Both the position numbers and the translations under genes were made by a program. The notes beneath the pieces were generated by a model. It worked only from the letters and a program-made list of their open reading frames with translations. It ran no database searches and had not been told where the DNA came from. Positions 10,158-18,227 of a stretch of DNA of 64,000 nt are shown one piece after another (within the stretch, counting starts at the first letter, position 1; the number at the start of each line of letters is the position of its first letter). Location of the stretch: positions 608,001-672,000 of the forward strand of contig CAVXRD010000002.1 in the NCBI GenBank assembly GCA_963764165.1, written 5' to 3'. Origin of the DNA: an uncultured Verrucomicrobiae bacterium (GTDB lineage: Bacteria; Verrucomicrobiota; Verrucomicrobiia; Limisphaerales; Palsa-1400).

Positions 10158-10847
10158 TTACCGGTTTCCAGCGGGGAATTTTGTAGAATTCGTCGCCTGA
10201 TAATCGTCCGAGGCCCGGCCCGGGACTTTGATGAGGGCGTTCGTGTTGGCGTTCCGATCGACATTCATGTTCGCGTTAATGTTTCCATTCGCGTTGCCAT
10301 TGAAGCTGCCGTTTCCGTTCACGCCACCGAAAGACGTCTGCGCGCCCCAAGCCGGCGTATTGACCGATGGCCAATTATTGCGATCAAATCCCTGCGCTTG
10401 GGCAATTTTGTCTTTGTCAGCTTTTAGAATTAGCTTGGTGCCGTCCGCGCTGGGCTTCAGAGAAGCGAGAGGCAGTGCGATGTATTTTGGATTGGCGAAC
10501 AGCTTATGCTCAACCGAGAGCACGGCGTAAGACACGCGCCCCGCGTTCAAATCCATCACGACGTCGTCAATCTTTCCCAGCCGATCACCCTGCGGATTTT
10601 CGACGGTGGCCCCGATGAAACCGCTGCATTTATTGAGCCTTTGGGGCTGATCGGCGTTCACGACCGCGTGCGAACTTTCCGCGCGCTGAACCTGATTTTG
10701 CTGGTATTGCGATTGCGACTGATCGGTTTGGCTCGTTCCAGCCACCGGAGCGGTTTGTTGAGCATACACACCGCCAGCCATCGTGCATAATGCAGCGATA
10801 GCAACAGTTTTGGTAAGATTTTTTTCGAATTTATTTGCTTTTATCAT
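10158..10847 (-). CDS. Secreted PRC-barrel domain protein
   Basis: Signal peptide (…GGVYA-QQ) and PRC-barrel pattern FIGATVENPQGDRLGKIDDVVMDLNAGRVSYAVLS…KYIALPL…AQGFDRNNWP; N/G-rich tail. Confidence 0.85.
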   Translation of the reverse strand: MIKANKFEKNLTKTVAIAALCTMAGGVYAQQTAPVAGTSQTDQSQSQYQQNQVQRAESSHAVVNADQPQRLNKCSGFIGATVENPQGDRLGKIDDVVMDLNAGRVSYAVLSVEHKLFANPKYIALPLASLKPSADGTKLILKADKDKIAQAQGFDRNNWPSVNTPAWGAQTSFGGVNGNGSFNGNANGNINANMNVDRNANTNALIKVPGRASDDYQATNSTKFPAGNR

Positions 10848-10983
10848 ACATTCACCTATAACTCACTACGTGTTTAATCTGACTCGCCTACTGCCGCGAC
10901 CCTTAGTGCCGCGTCCGGGTTTTCGTCCGGTAAGTTCCCCCTCGTTTGTAAGTTACTATTGCTTCATGTTGGCCTGCCGTGCA

Positions 10984-11649
10984 ATGGGGCTGCGCCCTGC
11001 TCGCACGGTAAAACGTTTCACCATCAAGCGAATGTCCGTCTGGATGATCTGCCTGGGCCTTTTCACCGTAGGGGTGAGGGCGCAGGCCACGACGGTCGAT
11101 GAACTTCTGGGGCAAAAAGAGATTACGCCGGAGGGATTGGCTCATGTTGTCTCTGATTTCGCTTTTGAATTGCGCCCGCAGCTTCAGGCCCCGGATACGT
11201 TCCTTAAGAACAAGAACGGGGATTGCGCGGATTATGCGAATCTGGCCTCAACCGTTCTGGGCAAACATGGATACACGACCAAATTGATTGTGGTGATGAT
11301 GGACAAGCAAACTCACGTCGTGTGTTATGTGAAGGAAGCGGGTGGTTTTCTGGATTACAATCATCGCGCGGACGCCCATCCTCTGATTCCCTCGGATGGC
11401 TCTATTGAAGACATCGCAGGGAAGGTCGCCTCGGACTTCCGGAGCCAATGGCACATGGCCTCGCTTTTCCGCTATAACGGAAATGCACCCGAGTTTCTCG
11501 ATAATGTTTTTGCCCCGGCGGCGCCCGCGCCCAAAGCACAAACCCGTCGGATTGCCAAGACTCGTCCTCCAGGCGACAAGGGCGGTTCCATGGCAAGCTC
11601 TCCAGCATCGTCTGGAGCGGCTCTTGCCATGCGGTCTTCCATTAATTAA
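10984..11649 (+). CDS. Secreted transglutaminase-like (Cys-His-Asp) protein
   Basis: GDCADYA, THVVCYV and FLDYN give a papain/transglutaminase-like triad after a signal-like segment (…TVGVRA-Q). The ORF-track start at 10783 overlaps the divergent gene, so a later start is used. Confidence 0.65.
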   Translation: MGLRPARTVKRFTIKRMSVWMICLGLFTVGVRAQATTVDELLGQKEITPEGLAHVVSDFAFELRPQLQAPDTFLKNKNGDCADYANLASTVLGKHGYTTKLIVVMMDKQTHVVCYVKEAGGFLDYNHRADAHPLIPSDGSIEDIAGKVASDFRSQWHMASLFRYNGNAPEFLDNVFAPAAPAPKAQTRRIAKTRPPGDKGGSMASSPASSGAALAMRSSIN

Positions 11650-11689
11650 TCTTCCGCGCCGGCGCGCATCGGCAAGACTTCTGCCTTTG

Positions 11690-12676
11690 CTATTCAGGAG
11701 ATGCCTGCCCGTGATGGGTGTCGTCCTGCTGCACTGTCAGCACCAGCTTTCCTCGGGCGTGGCCGCGGCGGCTGATCTCCAATGCCTCAGAAGCGCGCTC
11801 GAAGGGCATGACACGCTCTATCATCACTTTGATTTCGCCATTGGCGATGAGATCGCCGATCATGGCCAGTTGTTCGCCTGACGTCTGCATTTGCACAAAG
11901 AAGGCCCGCACACCGCACAACAACGCCATCGCCGGGGAAGGCGTGCTTACGGTGGAAACTAAACGGCCGCCTACCTTCAGAATTCTCCACGACCTCTCCA
12001 AGGTGTGGCCGCCCACCAAGTCCAGAACGATATCCACGCCCTTTACCGTTTCTTCAAAGTGCGTGGCGTTGTAATCAATCGCTTGGTTCACACCAAGCGT
12101 CCGCAATGCCGAAAGATTCCGCGCCGAGGACGTCGCGGCCACCCATGCGCCGGCACGCAAAGCAAATTGTGTGGCGAACATCCCCACCCCTCCCGCGCCG
12201 CCATGAATCAAAACTCGGTGGCCGCTTTGAAGCCCCGCCACGTCGAAGAGCGCCTGCCAGGCCGTCAATGCCGCCGTGGGAGTTGCCGCAGCTTCGATGT
12301 CATCGAGGGCCAATGGCTTGGCGGCGATTCCCATCACCGGGACCGCCATGAAGTCCGAAAAAGCCCCGCCAAACTTCGAGTGCCCGAACACCGCCTGACC
12401 GAGCAGGAAATCCGAAACTTCCGAGCCAACTGCCTCAATTACACCCGAGAAATCGCAGCCGAGCGCGCGCGGCATGGGCAATTGGCCCATCAATCCCTCA
12501 CGAATTTTCCAATCGATGGGATTCACTCCGGCCGCATGAACGCGCACCAGAACTTCCCCGGGAGCCGGCTCCGGCGGCGGCACGCTGTCGAGAAAAACGG
12601 TTTCGGGCCCTCCCGTTGAATGGATTCGGACGGACCTGATGGTGCTGATTTCTGTGTCGTTCAGAACTGATCTCAT
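11690..12676 (-). CDS. NADP-dependent oxidoreductase, quinone-oxidoreductase (MDR) family
   Basis: AAGVNPIDWK, GCDFSGV, LTAWQAL, VLIHGGAGGVG and GHARGKLVL. Confidence 0.9.
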   Translation of the reverse strand: MRSVLNDTEISTIRSVRIHSTGGPETVFLDSVPPPEPAPGEVLVRVHAAGVNPIDWKIREGLMGQLPMPRALGCDFSGVIEAVGSEVSDFLLGQAVFGHSKFGGAFSDFMAVPVMGIAAKPLALDDIEAAATPTAALTAWQALFDVAGLQSGHRVLIHGGAGGVGMFATQFALRAGAWVAATSSARNLSALRTLGVNQAIDYNATHFEETVKGVDIVLDLVGGHTLERSWRILKVGGRLVSTVSTPSPAMALLCGVRAFFVQMQTSGEQLAMIGDLIANGEIKVMIERVMPFERASEALEISRRGHARGKLVLTVQQDDTHHGQASPE

Positions 12677-12777
12677 AATGCCTCCTGCTGCACAAAGGTC
12701 GCAGGAGGAGGAATTTTGTAAATCAGGAGCCGATGGCTAACAGCCGTCAGGAAATTCGCCGATAGGGCGAAACCCTA

Positions 12778-13875
12778 TTACAACGTTTTGGGCAGCGCCT
12801 GGGCCGAAATCGCGACGCCCGTCATCGGGTGAACGGAAGGCGTCGCGGGCGTGACTCGAATGGTGTCGGGATGCGCAGCCAATTCTTTCAACGTGATCAA
12901 ATTCGGCGCGGCCTGGCCCAATCCGCCACCGGCGTCGTCAGAGAATTGCCCGTCGCAAATCACGTTGTTGGTGCAAGTCACATCGTTAACCAGGAAACCC
13001 TTTCCGCCGCAATGCGCCACCAAAAGGCTGTCAAACGTATTGCCGACGCACTCGCTGCCCGGACAGGGACGAAGCCCCTCCGGTGTGCCCATGAAGGATT
13101 GCGCCATGAAAACGCCATGGTGATGGCTTTTTTCAATCTTCAAACCGTGAAAGGTGTTGCCGCAGGATTGCCGCATGAAAATTCCCAGATCATTTCCGGT
13201 CAGGACCGAATCGTGAATGACGTTGTGGTTAAAGTTCAAATCGAGCGAAATGCCCGCCGAAAGGTTATCGTGCAAATTGAGGCCGCTGAAATCGCTGTCT
13301 TCCGTGAAATAGCAAGCGAGCCCGTCAAATTGGTTTTCGAAGGCGGTGTAATCCTTCACCGTCAGGTGCCGCGTGCGGCCCGATGTGACCATGCCGCCGG
13401 AGCGGCAGCGGCAGCACACCACTTTCTCCACCGTGGCGCCGTCCACATTCCAAACATCCACGCCATTGTTATAGACGCCCGCGCCGTCGCTCAAGATGCG
13501 CCAGACTTCCTTCGGCTGTTTCGTCCGATTGCCGTCGATCAACAAGTTGGTCAAGCGGATGTCCCGCGTGGTCACTGAGTTGTCCGTCGGCGAGCCGAGC
13601 ACCACCACCGGGCAATCCGCGCCGTCCGCGAGGAAAAGAACCGAGCCATCGCCCGCGCCGCGCAATGTCTGATGATCCTTGCGCAAAATAATCGGGCTGC
13701 TCACCTGATACTCGCCTTCCGTGAGAATGACCGTGCCGCCTGCCGGCAACGAATCAAGAGCAGCCTGAATGCCAGCGCCACCCGCGGCGGGCCGGACCGT
13801 GACCTCCGCAGCCAAAACCGAAAGCGTTTGAGCCGCGCAAACAAGGGAGACAACCAATGACCTTTTCGTGAACAT
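12778..13875 (-). CDS. Secreted right-handed parallel beta-helix (pectin-lyase-like) protein
   Basis: Signal peptide, IQAALDSLPAGGTVILTEGEY cap, IDGNR, and repeated G-I-x-L / N-x-x-x-N-x-I beta-helix units. Confidence 0.8.
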   Translation of the reverse strand: MFTKRSLVVSLVCAAQTLSVLAAEVTVRPAAGGAGIQAALDSLPAGGTVILTEGEYQVSSPIILRKDHQTLRGAGDGSVLFLADGADCPVVVLGSPTDNSVTTRDIRLTNLLIDGNRTKQPKEVWRILSDGAGVYNNGVDVWNVDGATVEKVVCCRCRSGGMVTSGRTRHLTVKDYTAFENQFDGLACYFTEDSDFSGLNLHDNLSAGISLDLNFNHNVIHDSVLTGNDLGIFMRQSCGNTFHGLKIEKSHHHGVFMAQSFMGTPEGLRPCPGSECVGNTFDSLLVAHCGGKGFLVNDVTCTNNVICDGQFSDDAGGGLGQAAPNLITLKELAAHPDTIRVTPATPSVHPMTGVAISAQALPKTL

Positions 13876-14169
13876 ACTTTTAATGAATTACTGACTGCTT
13901 TCTCTCTGTTGTCTGGGATACCTCCTTAGTATCGCTCTTATCGACGGTAGTAATATCACCCATATTCACCGGAATTGCGAAAAAAGATTGATTAAAATTG
14001 CGGCATTCCCCTGATGCGCCGATAGGGCGAGACTCCGCCAGCGACATTTCTCGAGTTTGGAGGTTCTCAACGCCATCAGAAGGGCTAAAGCACCGTATGT
14101 GCATATAATCTCGAAAAACCCGCTACACCCGTTACATCGTTGATTATCAACCGGATAAACCGCTACATG

Positions 14170-14490
14170 GGGTTCCTCAATGTTTTCGGTGGAATGAGAC
14201 AACTCGTTAGCCGTCATTGCGGGACAACCCATTTGGAATCCAGGCTTGGCACTGGCTTGGCCAAAGCTCGGTATAGTGTATGATCTCGAAAAAGGGGCAA
14301 CACCCGCTACACGGTTGACCATCAACGAGATAAGGGGCAACAAAAAGAGCAACAAACCCGCAACAGACCCGCAACATTTCTTCCCGCGCTGTCGGGTTGC
14401 ATGAAACGCGGCGTCTTTCCGTCGCTCACTGAAAATTTTCATCAAGATGCCAGCACCATCATTTGTTCCATTGAAAACAGCGAGGAACCC
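14170..14490. mobile_element. 321-bp MITE-like non-autonomous element
   Basis: Terminal inverted repeats GGGTTCCTCAATGTTTTCGGTGGAA (14170-14194) and TTCCATTGAAAACAGCGAGGAACCC (14466-14490) match 21/25. Flanked by the direct repeat TACATG (14164-14169 and 14491-14496). Excision restores the repeat seen intact at 42681-42782. Confidence 0.82.
14278..14379 (+). repeat. GC(T/A)ACA six-box dispersed repeat, divergent copy B inside the MITE
   Basis: ATCTCGAAAAA start, six GC(A/T)ACA boxes, central GTTGA-N3-TCAAC palindrome and an ACATTT end, collinear with copies A and C. Confidence 0.75.
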
Positions 14491-14562
14491 TACATGGGCG
14501 CTACAGAGGCGCTACACCCGCTACATTTGCTCCGAGAGGGTTCCAATGGAAGGATCAACTTG

Positions 14563-14609
14563 GTCGCAAAAACCAAGGGTGCAATAGGGTGCAATAGCCT
14601 GCAACGCCC
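14563..14609 (+). repeat. Dispersed repeat GTCGC(A/G)AAAACCAAGGGTGCAATAG, copy 1
   Basis: Near-identical to 20742-20778, with one extra GGTGCAATAG unit here. Confidence 0.75.
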
Positions 14610-14770
14610 CGATCGCAATTTGCCCGCTCCGTTTTGAGGTCTGAATGCTCTCCAGCGGTAACGGGCGCAAGGCATGCGAAAGGCATGGCTCCGCAGGAGG
14701 CCCCAACCAACGAATCGGTGAGAAGAGCCAATGAACTGTTTAAAGAGTCCAATGCGCGGCGGCGAGAGAC

Positions 14771-14848
14771 GCCGGAGGCATCCCAGCTTGCAGCCGGTGG
14801 TAGCGCTCCGCTCAACCAACGGCTACAAGCTCGCATCCCTGCCGGGAT
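14771..14848. repeat. REP-like imperfect palindrome
   Basis: CCGGAGGCATCCCAGCTTGCAGCCGGTGG pairs with CCAACGGCTACAAGCTCGCATCCCTGCCGGG. Confidence 0.6.
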
Positions 14849-15085
14849 CCGCCCATTGCACAGGTTTATTGGCCGCCTCGCCCGGCCGTGTTATTCACGC
14901 ACAACGCCCAAAGCATTTTCACGCGCACCCAGACGAGGATGCCTCTGCTCCGGTCAGAACAACTGTTCCCGGGCTGTGAAATCCGCAACATATCAAAGAA
15001 CGCGCCCAGGCGGCGGCAGGAAGAAACATAAGGCCGCCAGGCCCTTCCGTCAATTAAGACTGCAATTACACGATGTAGTGGTATT

Positions 15086-15185
15086 GGGATACGGCTTTGT
15101 CGCAGGCCAGCCGCAGCGCGCGAAACCGAAAAGACGCGACTGGTGACAAGGTGCTGAGGCTGGTCTTCGACACAGTCGCGCTCCG
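15086..15185. repeat. REP-like palindrome, family CTGGTCTTCGACACAGTCGCGCTCCG, copy 1
   Basis: 26-nt exact match to 51668-51693; a degenerate left arm (ACGGCTTTGTCGCAGGCCAGCCGCAGC) lies upstream. Confidence 0.75.
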
Positions 15186-15509
15186 CCTAACGATCTCCGA
15201 ACCTCACCCACTTCTAATCACAGCCTTTGATTATACCCCTTCACAAAACCCACTTGACCTGGACTTGGAATATTTCTATTGTCCAATCCTGTGCCAGCCA
15301 AGCTTACGCGATCCCTACAAGCATCCATTCCGTGTTTTTTTGGCTTTGGCGGCTTTTGTTGAAAGCAACTCCATGAACTTACGCTTCGCAATCCCGCTCT
15401 CAGAATGCACCCTCTGCGCCACTGGCCGGCGCAAGCGCCCCCTTTCTTAAACCCCATTTCATCCTCCGCCCACATTGGAAACTCATTCTACGAAAAATTT
15501 ATTCCATAC

Positions 15510-15630
15510 CAGTAGGACGAGACTCCGTCGAGCCGTGATATCTCTTGGAGGTGGGGAAGCCTCGCTGAGGCGTCCGGTTGGGTATGAATCACGCGAAAGG
15601 TGCGGACACCTCGGCGAGGCGTCCCTACCT
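15510..15630. repeat. Two adjacent REP-like units
   Basis: GTAGGACGAGACTCCGTCGAGCC (cf. 30539-30562 GGCAGAGCGAGACTCTGTCGAGCC and 14021-14040), then the palindrome GGTGGGGAAGCCTCGCTGAGGCGTCCG…CGGACACCTCGGCGAGGCGTCCCTACC. Confidence 0.7.
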
Positions 15631-15645
15631 GCCGCTCCCCGGCAC

Positions 15646-17157
15646 ATACACCGCAATTCGCTAATAATCGGCGTGTTGTTGACCCTCCTCATTGTTTTCC
15701 CCGATCACGCCCAAATCCAGCAAGCCTGGGTTGCGCGATACAACAACGGCATCCCGGGCGGCACCAACCAAGCCGTTAAAATGGCTCTTGATTCCACCGG
15801 AAACATTTATGTCACCGGCTTTTCCCAGAACACCAATTCTCAGCTTGGTTACGTCACAATAAAGTACGCGCCCAATGGCAATCAAACGTGGGCGGCGCGG
15901 TATGATTCGACCAATGATCCCTCTGCCGAATCGGCAGCCATCGGTCTCGATAACAGCAACGACGTAATTGTCACCGGGAATGCACTGACGATAAAGTACG
16001 GCTCGAACGGAAATCAGCTTTGGACCGTCCCGTATGCAGGCACCGCTTTGGCTATTGATTCGGGCGGAAACTCTTACGTGGCGGGTTTTGGGACGAATTT
16101 TGGAGCCGTCAAACTCGCGCCTGCGGGAACAAATATCTGGCTGAAGACTTATAGGGACGTGGGACCGACTGTATCGCAGTCCGTTTTGGTGGATAGCGGG
16201 AGTAACGTGTATGTATCCGGCCTCGACGCATACCAGTGGGTGCCAACAACGGAGTCTGATCCTAACATTGGCTTTTTTGCTGTCGGCCTGATGACAATTA
16301 AATATGGCCCGAACGGCAATCAGGTATGGCAGGAGAGCCAAACTGGTGATAATCAGTATAGCAGTGTCCAGGTAACAGGTTCCGGTCTTGATGCCGCCGG
16401 TGATCTTTATCTTTCGGCTAATTTCTCTGGTGGGTCTGGGTTTGCACAGCCATATTCGACCTTCAAATACTTTAGCGATGGTAATTTTGCGTGGATGGCG
16501 CATGATCCCACCGGCGATCTTTACAGTCAAGTGCGCGGGCTGGCCGTTGATAATACTGGATGTGTTATTGTCACGGGAAAAAATGCTTACAATTTTCCTA
16601 GCACCTCCTATGGGACATATAAGTTGAGCAGTAGTGGTGCGTATCTTTGGGCGAACGTTTATCCCAGTATGGCGACGAATTCCAGCGTGGCTACCGCCAT
16701 TGCGGTTGACTCTATCAACAACTCCTACGTTACCGGTTACTCGTCCGGCCCCAACGGCAGCAATGACATTGTGACGATCAAGTATGGGCCGAATGACAAT
16801 CAAATCTGGCTGCAACGCTACCATGGGCCGGGCAGCGGCAATGACGCGCCCAACGCCATCGCCATCGATAAAAACGGCAACGTGTATGTCACCGGCTATG
16901 AAGCCACAACGTCTGGCGGGACAGAAATCGTCACCATCAAATACTCTCCAATCGCCCTCCAAATGCAGCCCAACGGCTCCGTCCTCCTGCAAGCCCAAGG
17001 CACCCCCGGCGAAAACTTCACCATCGAATCCAGCGCGGACTTGCTCAATTGGTTTGACCTCGGCACCGCCACCGCCGACACCAACGGCCTGATGCAATTC
17101 ACCGACACCAACGCCCCCAATTACCCGGCCCGCTTCTACAACACCATCCCGCAATGA
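15646..17157 (+). CDS. Secreted beta-propeller (SBBP-type repeat) protein with a C-terminal 'SADLLNW…RFY' domain
   Basis: Repeated A(I/L)D-x-x-GN-x-YVTG…TIKY-x-x-NGNQ-x-W units and a signal-like segment ending DHA-Q. The first ~57 codons of the ORF-track call are translated repeat DNA; the true start is uncertain (in-frame ATA 15646 or GTG 15673). Confidence 0.85.
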   Translation: MHRNSLIIGVLLTLLIVFPDHAQIQQAWVARYNNGIPGGTNQAVKMALDSTGNIYVTGFSQNTNSQLGYVTIKYAPNGNQTWAARYDSTNDPSAESAAIGLDNSNDVIVTGNALTIKYGSNGNQLWTVPYAGTALAIDSGGNSYVAGFGTNFGAVKLAPAGTNIWLKTYRDVGPTVSQSVLVDSGSNVYVSGLDAYQWVPTTESDPNIGFFAVGLMTIKYGPNGNQVWQESQTGDNQYSSVQVTGSGLDAAGDLYLSANFSGGSGFAQPYSTFKYFSDGNFAWMAHDPTGDLYSQVRGLAVDNTGCVIVTGKNAYNFPSTSYGTYKLSSSGAYLWANVYPSMATNSSVATAIAVDSINNSYVTGYSSGPNGSNDIVTIKYGPNDNQIWLQRYHGPGSGNDAPNAIAIDKNGNVYVTGYEATTSGGTEIVTIKYSPIALQMQPNGSVLLQAQGTPGENFTIESSADLLNWFDLGTATADTNGLMQFTDTNAPNYPARFYNTIPQ

Positions 17158-17202
17158 CTGGGACAAAATGAATCTGGAACTCATGAACTCAGGAAAAAGC
17201 GC

Positions 17203-17293
17203 CAACAGAAGGAAGCGAAGTGAACGAAGGAGGGCGAACCGCGCCGAACAGACGATTTGCCCCCCTTCGTTATCTTCGCGCCTTTCTGTTCAA
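17203..17293. repeat. REP-like palindrome, family AACAGAAGG-n-AGCGAAG-n-AACGAAG
   Basis: AACAGAAGGAAGCGAAGTGAACGAAGG pairs with CCTTCGTTATCTTCGCGCCTTTCTGTT; the right arm recurs at 62776-62804. Confidence 0.7.
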
Positions 17294-17514
17294 TACGTTT
17301 CCGGCAACCTCGACAGCTCCGGCTGGTTCTTCAAGGCCAGCGCCCAGTTGGGCTCGAATTCAAATCTCTGGTCGTGATGCCAGCCTCAAGCGAGGCCCCG
17401 GGGCTCCGGCTGGCTGCTTAAACCCGGCGAGCCGGTCATGCCGCAAGGATCAAATTCGGCCTGACGTCGAAGCCGAATTTTGTTGCGTTCTTGCAAATAT
17501 TTCTCTTTCGATTC

Positions 17515-17925
17515 TCACTTCGATTGCGGGCTGCCTTGATATTGTTCGTCGCTCACCTTTTCCGCCCAATCCACAACTTTGCCCTCGAGAGATTCCTGAA
17601 TCGCGATGTGTGTCATGGCGGTGGTTGGAGAAGCTCCATGCCAATGTCTTTCGCCGGGCGGGAACCAGACGACATCGCCGGGGCGAATTTCCTCAATGGG
17701 ACCGCCCTCGCGCTGGGCGCGCCCGCAGCCGGCGGTGACAATCAAAGTCTGGCCGAGTGGATGCGTGTGCCAGGCGGTGCGGGCGCCGGGCTCAAAAGTG
17801 ACGCATGCGGCTGCCGTCCGCGCGGGCGCGTTCGGCTGAAACAGCGGATCGATCCGCACGGCGCCCGTAAACCAATCGGCCGGGCCTTTTCCAGATGGCT
17901 GTGAGCCATTTTTTTTGATTTCCAT
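17515..17925 (-). CDS. Cupin domain protein
   Basis: [13 protein letters not shown]…[23 protein letters not shown]…GERHWHGA…[11 protein letters not shown] 17925 is the likely start. Confidence 0.92.
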   Translation of the reverse strand: MEIKKNGSQPSGKGPADWFTGAVRIDPLFQPNAPARTAAACVTFEPGARTAWHTHPLGQTLIVTAGCGRAQREGGPIEEIRPGDVVWFPPGERHWHGASPTTAMTHIAIQESLEGKVVDWAEKVSDEQYQGSPQSK

Positions 17926-17941
17926 AATTCTTAACGATCGT

Positions 17942-18179
17942 TCATTTCTTAAGCGCGGCCATGTCAATAACAAATCGATAATGGACATCCTTCTTGAGCA
18001 GCCGCTCCCATGCGTCGTTGACTTTTTGGATGGGAATGATTTCCCCAGTGGCAGACGCCGCCGAGGAGAATATCAATCTCAACCTCCGCCGGCCCCGGTC
18101 CGCGGCGGGCGATGCCGCATGGGGACAGTGATGAGGCGGCGTTTTGCGCCGCCTGCAATTGGACTTGCTTCGTAACCAT
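17942..18179 (-). pseudogene. Remnant of a zinc-dependent NAD(P) alcohol dehydrogenase (cinnamyl-ADH/YahK-like) with a large internal deletion
   Basis: N-terminal piece [35 protein letters not shown] is joined out of frame near 18045 to the family C-terminus [33 protein letters not shown]. Confidence 0.8.
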
Positions 18180-18227
18180 GGAGCCAATCTAGCCCATGAC
18201 CCGAATCTGTCACTAGCCGAACATGAC

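Larger units (their letters stand above)
14103..14528 (+). repeat. GC(T/A)ACA six-box dispersed repeat, copy A, split by the MITE-like insertion
   Basis: 14103-14169 plus 14497-14528 align with the uninterrupted copy at 42681-42782 (58/66 identical over the first 66 nt by hand count). Confidence 0.85.

Noticed and set aside
10848..10965. Possible riboswitch or ncRNA upstream of the PRC-barrel gene
   Set aside because: Small hairpins are present but I could not match a known aptamer consensus; an Rfam/Infernal scan would be needed.
13880..15475. Short ORFs in the repeat-rich spacer (13966-14445, 14490-14819, 14634-15146, 15097-15450)
   Set aside because: They run through repeats and the MITE, overlap each other and lack protein-like features; no transposase motifs.
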